Of a stretch of DNA of 64,000 nucleotides, positions 11,801-19,446 are shown piece after piece. Origin of the DNA: Candidatus Hydrogenedens sp. (lineage in GTDB: Bacteria; Hydrogenedentota; Hydrogenedentia; Hydrogenedentales; Hydrogenedentaceae); assembly GCA_049968235.1 (NCBI GenBank), contig JBMFRC010000001.1:30243-94242 (forward strand), given 5' to 3'. Made by a program: the position numbers and the translations under genes. Each line of letters opens with the position of its first letter. Position 1 is the stretch's first letter. The notes under the pieces were generated by a model, which was not told where the DNA came from, did no database searches, and was given only the letters and a program-made list of their open reading frames with translations.

Positions 11801-11977
11801 ATTTTTTTCTATGGTAGGTTTTGCAATATCATTTAAAAGTTCTATACGCCTTTTCTGAGCATATTGTCGCGTAGGGACAATGAGTAAAGCAGATATATAA
11901 TTTTCTCGTAGAATTTTCTGAGTTTGATTCTTACGGTCAGAGCGTTGACTTCCACATAATATTAAGTTTCGTGTCAT
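8807..11977 (-). CDS. addB: Helicase/nuclease subunit B (AddB/RexB-like) with C-terminal nuclease and Fe-S cysteine cluster
   Basis: 1056 aa immediately upstream of and overlapping addA. C-terminal RIDRIDK...VIDYKWG nuclease motif and CDYCFCKTACRY cysteines. Confidence 0.7.
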   Translation of the reverse strand: MTRNLILCGSQRSDRKNQTQKILRENYISALLIVPTRQYAQKRRIELLNDIAKPTIEKNIVTDFTQFAYNLLKAQYIPIHLLEEWEQTLLIRSIILSEEGRKKFEQYQGLLAPDNLSDSFHRIIRNLKQAGITPEAFQEQIKKLSVEPWDEVVSWVYTTYQEKLMQSNGYDVPGLFWQAELECHKGKPDYIAGKEYLIFDGFDDFTQSELRLIHALSPHFKHIIIGINLDPIPGRQDIYRLAKDALKRVQSILDAKTIYFETPIPQTSIEFIADTLFGRDEPKTFTPSTDSIIKVERFINREEEIKNIGRKIKQLLVQEHVPLHKIAVVYRQLGKVRPLIEKTFMDYGIPYRILSSQGLRETWVGQFLERWFAQLNENSLSAITLLLHDPLWNISPSIREKFFLLLSQVGLSMSMSLDYVNKKIEEKEHFIEYSSEIENKNISKVDIQQFYDELKRWLFWRNKFKRQDKISNYIFILLDLFHSLENALKDCLLNEDNKRKLQKEKKGYLQFLSVIKKLPDYLKNQELSLEEFQRLIRSLSSDASFFDMGHNCGVMCLDLPMIRNMEYDYLFVGGVEEGTIPLTPTQNVLYSDKDITKLRQSGLPIDDITKQIQREWLFFQQIFETTRKGVFLSHALYSETHRECSSSLLLRECQEVCQYIVHNSPQKQEEIEKKPFIPCSPSELRNLLFYIQEDEQVLKHHYADIYNCWYSLQKREEENENIYTGNLHAEDIRQWLTNKFGHDHVYSVDQIEEYIECPFRFWTHRVLALQDWEEELIYPSPLMIGSWAHDTLFRLLKDHYEELLRDKSQVIKEKLQQIIQEIVSKDRKSFVLPKKWIDLTIEWLTHVLAEFLNSSASLIDNDWKPAYFELAFGRTMYPSEDERSQHKPYCMETQKKSVLFSGRIDRIDKHVSNPLLRVIDYKWGNTPTKTDMGIKFNNVQERFCSFQLIIYELAVERHLFQKEGLSVEESYFLSITEQKKTGTPWGVDKNLRNEIENIAVKIILDTIGNIHQGKFTPAPYKKQSCDYCFCKTACRYMKVEQSGISEDEESGEAKTA

Positions 11978-12003
11978 AATACCCCGTCTCTAATTAATTG
12001 GAG

Positions 12004-12948
12004 TTATAGAATCCCTTTAAAGTATTCAATCGTATATTTCAACCCTTCCTTAAGCGGAATTTTTGGTTCCCAGTTCAGTTTTTCTTTCGCAAGAGAAATA
12101 TCTGGTTTTCTTCGACAGGGGTCGTTTTCGGGTAGGGGTTTAAAAATAATTTCCGAAGACGAACCTGTCATCTCACAAACTAATTTTGCCAATTCCAGAA
12201 TAGTAAATTCTCCGGGATTCCCTAAATTTACAGGACCGGTAAACCCTTCACAATCCATCATCCGAAGGATACCTTCAATTACATCGCTAATGTAACAAAA
12301 AGAGCGTGTTTGAGAACCATCTCCGAAGACAGTTATGGGTTCGTTTCGCAATGCCTGCACAATAAAATTACTGACCACCCTTCCATCATTAATCAACATG
12401 CGAGGACCGTATGTATTAAAGATTCGTATTACACGAATGTCCACTCCATTTTGACGATGATAATCAAAAAACAAAGCCTCCGCCACACGTTTGCCCTCAT
12501 CATAACAACTACGTTTGCCAATAGGGTTCACATTGCCCCAATAGGTCTCAGGCTGAGGATGCACAGTAGGGTCTCCGTAAACTTCTGATGTACTGGCTTG
12601 TAAAACGCGCGCCTTCACCCGTTTTGCCATACCCAATACATTTAACGCTCCCATAACATTGGTTTTAATCGTTTTTACTGCATTGAATTGATAATGAACT
12701 GGTGAAGCCGGACACGCTAAATTAAATATTCGGTCTACTTCAAGAAGGATGGGTTCGGTTATATCATGGCGAATAATTTCAAATTGTGGATGCCCTATTA
12801 TGTGCTGAATATTTTGTTTCCTACCTGTAAAAAAATTATCCAGGCAAATAACTTCCTCCCCGCGTCGCAATAAAGCCTCACACAAATGTGAACCGATAAA
12901 ACCTGCCCCACCTGTAACTAAATTTACTCGTCTCATATCTTGCTCCAA
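12004..12948 (-). CDS. UDP-glucuronate decarboxylase / UDP-xylose synthase-like NAD-dependent sugar epimerase/dehydratase (SDR family)
   Basis: N-terminal [11 protein letters not shown] Rossmann motif and a YxxxK core. Overall similarity to UXS/ArnA decarboxylase-type enzymes. Confidence 0.75.
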   Translation of the reverse strand: MEQDMRRVNLVTGGAGFIGSHLCEALLRRGEEVICLDNFFTGRKQNIQHIIGHPQFEIIRHDITEPILLEVDRIFNLACPASPVHYQFNAVKTIKTNVMGALNVLGMAKRVKARVLQASTSEVYGDPTVHPQPETYWGNVNPIGKRSCYDEGKRVAEALFFDYHRQNGVDIRVIRIFNTYGPRMLINDGRVVSNFIVQALRNEPITVFGDGSQTRSFCYISDVIEGILRMMDCEGFTGPVNLGNPGEFTILELAKLVCEMTGSSSEIIFKPLPENDPCRRKPDISLAKEKLNWEPKIPLKEGLKYTIEYFKGIL

Positions 12949-12987
12949 ACAAGTCTGTTCTTTACTATTATATGATTTTTTCCCCGA

Positions 12988-13497
12988 TTATCCCAATTCC
13001 GAATGTATGAATGCTTCCCAATTTATTTTCACCACACCTTTTTTTACCGTTATTGGTTTGTTATGAAAACAAATTCCTGCACCATGCACCTCCCCGGGAA
13101 ACAAAACCATAAATTGACCCGGCACATTTTGAATTACATTTATCTTGGATACATCTACATTATAAAACCTAACATCTTTTTTAATATCATACTCGGTTTT
13201 CACTTGAGCCATAGATTCAGGAAGCCATCCTATACCTTCTTCCCCTGAAAGTGAGAATTGGACATCAATAAATTTCTTATGTGATTCAAAAATCGCTTCC
13301 GAAATTTCTTTTGTGGTATAGGACATAACCCGGGCTTTTATATCTTCTTTATAGATAAACTCCATATCTGTATCCGGGCTATTTTCTTTTAGTCCCTGAA
13401 TATAATTCAATACGAAATTTCCTATCTTCCCACGGAAATACCGTTCCCAATTTTCAAATCGGTCAACTATCATGATTTTAACACCTCCTCGCAACAA
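12988..13497 (-). CDS. YhcH/YjgK/YiaL-family (DUF386) protein
   Basis: About 160-aa cupin-like protein of the size and pattern of this family. Assignment is from memory of the family only. Confidence 0.4.
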   Translation of the reverse strand: MLRGGVKIMIVDRFENWERYFRGKIGNFVLNYIQGLKENSPDTDMEFIYKEDIKARVMSYTTKEISEAIFESHKKFIDVQFSLSGEEGIGWLPESMAQVKTEYDIKKDVRFYNVDVSKINVIQNVPGQFMVLFPGEVHGAGICFHNKPITVKKGVVKINWEAFIHSELG

Positions 13498-14234
13498 GCA
13501 GTGCGTATTTTCTTTGCAAAGGACACACCCGGAATATCATAAATTTTTACAGTCCCCCCTGCAAATTTTATTAAAGCAGAACCACCTGCAATATCCCATA
13601 GCATAATTTCATCTTGAATAAAAGCGTCAATCCGACCACAGGCTACATAAGCCAGAGATAATGCAGATGTACCTAAAAAACGAACCCTTTTATACTTCTT
13701 TAATTCATGGATATATTGCTGAAATTCATTTTCCGTATATGGACGAAACACCGGAAGTCCTGTGGCAACAATTCCATGCTTCGCCTGATTTATAGGGGAA
13801 ACCTTGATGGGACTATCATTTAGGAATGCACCATTTTCCTTTGTTCCCGAAAATAATTCTTGTTTCAGAAAATCATAAACGATACCCAGTAAAAATTCAT
13901 CATCTTTCATAAGAGCAATTGAGATAGCACACAACGGTATTTTCCTGCTGAAATTCAATGTTCCATCCAATGGGTCAATTATCCAGAAAGGCTCATTCAT
14001 AACATATTCACGAACCCAACCTCGTTCTTCAGATAAAATAGCAAATGGTGTCGATTCCAGCACATCTATAATTGCAGATTCAGATTCGCGGTCTGCCAGT
14101 AACTTTATGTCTCGGTCGTCTTCATAAATAACTTCGCAGGGCTCTCGAAAAAGGTCTGATAAAATAATACCTGCTCGATGTACTGCGGTAATACCTAATT
14201 CTAAATATTCCTGAACATTCATTATAAACACCAC
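13470..14234 (-). CDS. Inositol-monophosphatase family phosphatase (SuhB/CysQ-like)
   Basis: WIIDPLDGTLNF metal-binding motif and WDIAGG motif typical of the IMPase family. Confidence 0.75.
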   Translation of the reverse strand: MVFIMNVQEYLELGITAVHRAGIILSDLFREPCEVIYEDDRDIKLLADRESESAIIDVLESTPFAILSEERGWVREYVMNEPFWIIDPLDGTLNFSRKIPLCAISIALMKDDEFLLGIVYDFLKQELFSGTKENGAFLNDSPIKVSPINQAKHGIVATGLPVFRPYTENEFQQYIHELKKYKRVRFLGTSALSLAYVACGRIDAFIQDEIMLWDIAGGSALIKFAGGTVKIYDIPGVSFAKKIRTACCEEVLKS

Positions 14235-14235
14235 C

Positions 14236-14856
14236 TTAATGGTATAAATTTTTACCCCGTTTCTGTGCTATAAAAGTACTGATAATATGTGTAATGATAC
14301 AGAATACATCTTCAACGGGTCCGTATTCATCTTTCGTACTTGCAACAAGAAGTCCATAATCACATAACGAAATCATTCTACCTCCGTCACAACCTGCTAT
14401 ACCTATCGTTTTAATTTCATGCTCCTTTGCCCATTCCACTACCTTTATAACATTGGGACTATTCCCACTAACAGACATTGCTATTAATAAATCACCTTCC
14501 TTAGCAAAAGCACGCAATTGCCCAATAAATATGTTTTCATAACCTTCATCATTTCCTAATGCAGTAATTACCGCCTGGTTATCTGATAAATTTATAGCAC
14601 GAATAGGCGGACAATTTGTAACATAATTTCCTACGACCAAATCATTAACCCAATGAGAGAGGACTGAAGAACTACCACCGTTACCCGCAAGAAATAGGGT
14701 CTTCCCTTCACTGATTTTATTCCACATTACATCGGCTATTTTTGTTAACACATCTTTATTTAAATGCGTAAGAATTTGGCACAAACGTTCACAATACCCA
14801 TTATAGTAATCAGTAAAACTGGGAGATGATTGAAACAAATTTTTCATGAAATACAT
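14236..14856 (-). CDS. gmhA: Phosphoheptose isomerase (SIS domain, GmhA-like); start uncertain (track ORF extends to 14904)
   Basis: LFLAGNGGSSS SIS motif. An internal Met with a GGAG ~9 nt upstream is preferred over the upstream hydrophobic extension. Confidence 0.7.
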   Translation of the reverse strand: MYFMKNLFQSSPSFTDYYNGYCERLCQILTHLNKDVLTKIADVMWNKISEGKTLFLAGNGGSSSVLSHWVNDLVVGNYVTNCPPIRAINLSDNQAVITALGNDEGYENIFIGQLRAFAKEGDLLIAMSVSGNSPNVIKVVEWAKEHEIKTIGIAGCDGGRMISLCDYGLLVASTKDEYGPVEDVFCIITHIISTFIAQKRGKNLYH

Positions 14857-15519
14857 ATAAAATACTCCGTAGATTATTGTTAAAAAGATATTTAATTTTA
14901 ACATGTTAAATCTAAAATACCTACGAATATTGTTATCACATTCCTTAATGCATAAACAAAAATAAATACAGGAAACAGTATAAGATATGCTAAATACAGG
15001 AGCAAATTATCTTTGCCCCGAATATAGCACAAGCATTTATTCCTTCTTTTGCAATTATAAGTGGTGCGATTATTTTAATTTATCAGAGTAATACAATTAT
15101 CCTGCTTTTGATAAATTCAATTTATTAATTAGCACCGGCATTTCTCTCTTTGCTTTTTACCACGAATGGTGCGAGATGTAAATAAGCATAAAGTATTTAT
15201 TATAGCAAATGATTATTCGCCATTACATAGAGATGCACTTGCCATGCAGGCGGGTTTTTGGAATGTGTTGGTAAAAATCGTTTCTGTCTGGCAGGACTTT
15301 CAGCAAGACAATGAGATAATTTTCACCACGGAGGACACGGAGGGACACATAGATATTTTTTTCTTATCACAGAAAGCACGGAGAACACAGAGAAGGGAAC
15401 AGAGAATAGGTATGAGTATGGATATATTTATTCTATGATTTATATTCTCCTTTCCTTTTTTCTCTGTGTTTCTCTGTATTCTCTGGGGTGGAGTATTTTT
15501 TTTCTCACCACAGAGAGCA

Positions 15520-15550
15520 CTATCTTTTCTTGTTAATGACTGCATATAAT
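15520..15550 (+). promoter_or_regulatory. Candidate sigma70-type promoter inside repeat copy A (TTGTTA ... TGCATATAAT)
   Basis: A near-consensus -10 (TATAAT preceded by TG two nt upstream) conserved in both repeat copies. The -35 is weak and the spacing suboptimal. Confidence 0.35.
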
Positions 15551-15724
15551 TTGAAGTGGATATATGAGGAATTAAGGGGGCAAAAGGAGAAGTATGCATA
15601 GGTAACCAAAAGATAAAAATACTCACAGAAAATAACAAATAAAATGGGTAAAAGTAGGGATACAGACTTTTGTATTTTAATTTTTCATCGGGATTTTATC
15701 TCATAAAAACATGTATAATTTATA

Positions 15725-15759
15725 CTCTTACCTCTTACCTCTTACCTCTTACCTCTTAC
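15725..15759 (+). repeat. (CTCTTAC)x5 perfect heptanucleotide microsatellite
   Basis: Five perfect tandem copies, present only in repeat copy A, 30 bp before the cas2 stop codon. Confidence 0.95.
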
Positions 15760-15789
15760 AAAAATTGTTCAGAGGTCTCGTGTATTTTT

Positions 15790-16116
15790 TTATACTATAA
15801 TAAGGTTGGGGTTTGAGATGGGTGTATAGTAGTTTAGTCCGTTTCTGTTGATAATTTTGATTTTATTTGCATCAGCATGGCAAAGGGGTATGATATGTAT
15901 AATAAGTTGTCGGTTTTGGTCATTGGGTTGTTCGTTGGAGAGGTAATCACGAATGGTTTCCTGTAGTTTTTCGATAAGGAGTTCTTTTTCATATTCATCG
16001 AGGTCGCCCATGAAAACGGAGAATTGTATGTGCGAAGTTCCTACTTCTTCGAGGAGGTAGGTTATTTTGTTTCGTAGTTTATCGTTTCCTATGTCGAATA
16101 ATAGTAGTGTTTGCAT
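15790..16116 (-). CDS. cas2: CRISPR-associated endoribonuclease Cas2 (apparently intact ORF, unusual G-poor coding strand)
   Basis: 108 aa. MQTLLLFDIGNDKLRNKITYLLEEVGTSHIQFSVF matches the Cas2 N-terminal consensus, including the catalytic Asp in the LFDI motif. Confidence 0.7.
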   Translation of the reverse strand: MQTLLLFDIGNDKLRNKITYLLEEVGTSHIQFSVFMGDLDEYEKELLIEKLQETIRDYLSNEQPNDQNRQLIIHIIPLCHADANKIKIINRNGLNYYTPISNPNLIIV

Positions 16117-16129
16117 AGGTTGATTTGTG

Positions 16130-17098
16130 TTATAGGTTGTATTTATTTTGTTGATTTAGGGTTTGTGTTAGTTTTATGGCTGCGAGCAGGATGTGTTTTT
16201 GGTAGTTGGTATTGGGGTCTTTGGGGGTAGGTTCATAGAGGCGTTCTATGTAAAGGGAGGAGAGTTTTTTTGTGTTTCTTTTTCGAGTAATCCGTTTTTC
16301 TGGAGTTGTACATTTATTCCTTGTCGTATGTAAGCGAGTAAGGGTGTATCGATGAGGGGTTGACGGAAAGGTTCGATAAAGAAGACGAGGGACTGTTTGT
16401 TGTTCTGTAGGGTGTGCAGAAACCCTGCATATGGGTCGAGTCCGGCGAGGGTTAAGGCACGGAAGCATTCGGAGTAGAGGATGCCGTAACCGTAGTTGAG
16501 TGCAGAATTGACGGGGTCTTTCGAATGTCGGTGTGTTCTGTGGGTAAAGTTATAATTGGCTGGGATAAGTTGTTTGAAATATGACCAGTAGATGGATGAG
16601 GCGTGTGCTTCGGTGGACATGATTTGTTGTTTTGCGTGGGATATATTTTCAGTGTTGATGGATTTTAATTTTTCGATGAGTGGGTAAATAGTATTGTGAA
16701 GTGTATCTTCGATTTGGGCTAAGTATGTTTTGTATCGACACAGGAATTAGAATTGGTTTTCGATTTTTGTTTGTATGTATTTTTTTGGCAATTTGTATGC
16801 CTAAGCCGTTCTGGATGGCTGTGTATTGGTTCCATCGGTTCTGGATATGGGGGTGATTGTATATAGGCTGGATAAAAGTGATGGAGTTCCCGTAGGGCTT
16901 ACATACGGTTAAGGCGATGTCTTGCTGGCTTGCGAGTGAAAGTGCTTCAGCGGAGATGGAAAATCCTTGGGTGAAGATGATGATGTGTGAGAGTTTGCTG
17001 GATGGGATTGTTTTAAGGGTTTTGTTTTCGCCGATAATTTTGAACATGTTTTTGTGTCTACCGACACGGATATTCTTTTCAATAAGGATGAGATGCAT
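16130..17098 (-). pseudogene. cas1: cas1 disrupted by at least one frameshift (Cas1 N-terminal half 16649-17098, C-terminal half 16246-16620+, possibly a third frame to 16130)
   Basis: N-half ...IIIFTQGFSISAEALSLASQQDIALTVCKPYG and C-half ...SALNYGYGILYSECFRALTLAGLDPYAGFLH match Cas1 conserved blocks. The two halves sit in different frames and switch near T/A homopolymers at ~16650-16690. RBS GAGGAGGA precedes the ATG at 17098. Confidence 0.7.
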
Positions 17099-17219
17099 GT
17101 TAAAGTCCTCCTCTTCATTATTTTTATTACATCTAACCTTAAAAAGTTGTATTATTTGCTATGTATTTAGTCCCAATCAATTTCGAGTTTGAACCAACCC
17201 ATAGGAAGGGATGCCTTTG

Positions 17220-18401
17220 TTATTTTTTTTGTGATGTAGTTAATTTATGAGACTTTGGATAAGGTATTTGGTCAGAACATCTGTCTCTCTTTGCTTTTCC
17301 CCATTTTTTGTCATTTGTATCTCCTTGTGAAAATAGTAATGTTATAGTTTTTGATAAAGAACCTGTGCCATAACCTAATTGTAAAAATATTTTTTTGCCT
17401 CTTTCTATCCTAATATCTTCAGGGATGTCATATTCATTTTTATTTACAGAATTAAAGAATTCCAGTTGTTTATCAATTAAAATTTCTGAGTATTTGCGTA
17501 AACAATCTTGAAAACTCTGTGTATCGTTAAGAACATTTTTAAGATATTTTATCTATTCTCCGTTATTATATTTATATTCATCCAACATAAATTTTAATGC
17601 TTGTTGGTCTAAATAGAAATCTATAATTATTTCTTTACCTTTAGGAATCAGGCATTCAGCAAATATATCAAATGGTTTAGTTGAAAATTTGTCTCCATTT
17701 TTACTTTTTACTTTTATTTGACATATTCCAAAATTGTCGATAGGAATCTCTTTAGAGTCTCTGATTACTAAAAATTTAAATAAATCATATTTTGCATCAT
17801 AATTCGAATTATCTACTTCTAATGTAGTATATTTTTCTATATTTTTATTAAGGAGAATATTATTAATATTATTTGACTCTTTAATTAAACAATTAGTGAC
17901 TGCATTTCTTATACATCCCTTTATACTTGAACCTGGAATAAAAAATTTCCCAAATGGGTATTTTATAAAGGAAAGGATTGGAGGAAGAGAAGTAGATTCT
18001 TGACATATAGATTTTGACTGAGAATTTTGGGATTGTTTTTTCTCAACTTGTTTCTGTATTTTTCTTAGTTCTGGAGGAAGTGCTGTATGTTTAGGCGATA
18101 TGGACCTTGATTGTTTATTTGTTTTTTCTCCTCTTGTTCCAAAATCAGCATATATAGGAAGAGAATAGCGAATATATTCAGGGTCGGGACGAAAGGAGGG
18201 TTCTTCAATAATCTTTAAATCAGTTTCATAATCTTCGCAATTATCCTGAAAATATTTCATGACATCTTTTAGACAGAATAATAGCTGTTTCTCGTCAATG
18301 TCAATGTAATATTCAAAATTCTGATATTCTTCGCCATCTGATATATGGATGGGAGTGATAGGTGTTAGTTTGAATTTGCCATGTTTCTTTTTATCGTTCA
18401 T
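17220..18401 (-). pseudogene. Csm5/Cmr6-group Cas7 RAMP gene interrupted by an in-frame TAG (plus 17553-17555)
   Basis: N-terminal KLTPITPIHISDGEEY resembles the Csm5 ...PIHIGSGE motif and FIPGSSIKGCIRNA the IPGSS(L/I)KG RAMP motif. After the TAG the same frame continues ~105 codons, including a QLGYGTGSLSKT G-rich loop. Confidence 0.6.
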
Positions 18402-18414
18402 TGTTTTTCTCCTT

Positions 18415-18666
18415 TTAAGGATGTTTGAAATAGATATTGAATGCGAGACCGGAACGCCAGATAGGATGAGGTGATGAGTCGTAACTGATGGCGATTACAT
18501 CCCCCTTAGGCATTTCTTTGATAACAGGGAATTTACTTCCTTCTATACACATACGAACAGATTGTTTGGGTTCATCATACCCGGCAATGCCATGTATCCA
18601 CCCACCTCGCATAGTGCATTCATAAGATGCGATATTGGTGAGAATACCATTTTCAAATTCTTCCAA
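18415..18666 (-). CDS. Hypothetical 83-aa ORF (TTG start); possibly the frameshifted C-terminal continuation of the upstream CARF-like gene
   Basis: A frameshift in the T7 run at 18792-18798 would fuse ...GFGHFTIKK to this frame. No family recognised. Confidence 0.3.
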   Translation of the reverse strand: MEEFENGILTNIASYECTMRGGWIHGIAGYDEPKQSVRMCIEGSKFPVIKEMPKGDVIAISYDSSPHPIWRSGLAFNIYFKHP

Positions 18667-18737
18667 AGTAGGATGATAAAGACTGAGTATTGCGGGACTG
18701 AGTATTGCGGTAGCTTTTGGTGGACTTTCCTGCCCAC

Positions 18738-19353
18738 TTATTTTGAGCGTATCATTTTCTTCAATAATATATTTTGATTCGAAAGGTTCAATTTTTTTAT
18801 AGTAAAATGTCCGAAACCTAAACTGCGTTCACCACCAATACCCAGTTTACCCAAAGCGGATAGAAAATTGACAAATGATTCTTTTTTCTCTTCTTCTAAT
18901 TTAACAAAAAACCACAATCCGACATCTTCTTCGCTATTTATCTCATAAAAATTTTGAGGGTAGGCTGTAGTTTGATTAGTAACCCGGTCAATGACGGTGG
19001 AAATTTTATAATTTTCTTTAACGGTTTTTTTGGAGGGGAAACCTTCTTTATTATTTATCAGGTCATTCATTTCTTCATTCAGGAGAAAAGTTGTTCCTGG
19101 ATTCTCTTCATCACCGTCTAAATAGGGATAATCTTCTTTTTTTTGGGAAAAGTTCTTTTAATATTTGCTGGGTTTCTTCTGCTTTTTGGAATATTGATGA
19201 AGTGGTTAGAAGAATGACATTATCAAAATCACCAATGTTAACAGAAGAAATAATCGGCCCCTATTGTGTTCCACCGGTGGGTGCTTCATCTACTCTCCCG
19301 TAAGGGTCATTTGTTCCTACAAAACTTAACAGTAGAGAAGATTTCCTCCCCAT
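18738..19353 (-). pseudogene. Csm6-like CARF-domain gene (CARF N-terminus; C-terminal R-X5-H / glycine-rich motif), disrupted by in-frame TAG (19261-19263) and frameshift(s)
   Basis: Reconstructed N-terminus MGRKSSLLLSFVGTNDPYG...DNVILLTTS resembles my recollection of Csm6 CARF N-termini (ILFSPIGNTDPW...DRVVLFFTES). Downstream LGKLGIGGERSLGFGHF could be a HEPN Rx4-6H motif or a RAMP G-loop. A frameshift sits at the T8 run 19137-19144. Confidence 0.45.
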
Positions 19354-19446
19354 ACTATTCGGTCCTTTTTTATATTTAACTTTTAACTAATTTTGAATAT
19401 ACAATATAAAGAGTGTTTAAATCAAATTAAAGCAAGTAGGTTATTT

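Larger units (their letters stand above)
15375..15785 (+). repeat. Intergenic repeated element, copy A (paralogue at 42375-42690): purine-rich CACGGAGAA-type arms plus a ~265-bp conserved core ending GAATTGTTCAGAGGTCTC
   Basis: By-eye alignment with 42375-42690 gives roughly 80% identity over the core, in the same orientation. Conserved CTTGTTAATGAyTGCATATAAT promoter-like motif and AAGGAG-N5-ATGCATAGrTAA mini-ORF. Confidence 0.7.

Noticed and set aside
15166-15638. Track ORFs 15166-15438 (+) and 15300-15638 (-) in the gmhA-cas2 intergenic region
   Set aside because: They overlap the purine-rich 9-bp repeats and the repeated element. The translations are low-complexity and lack RBS, so I treat the region as non-coding.
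14905-15790. Search for a CRISPR array next to cas2 (and at 19300-19450)
   Set aside because: There are no regularly spaced 25-40 bp direct repeats. Only a 7-bp microsatellite and two nearby AAATACAGGA copies are present.
16917-17192. + strand ORF antisense to cas1
   Set aside because: It lies within the C-depleted strand, where stop codons are merely rare by chance of composition. No RBS.
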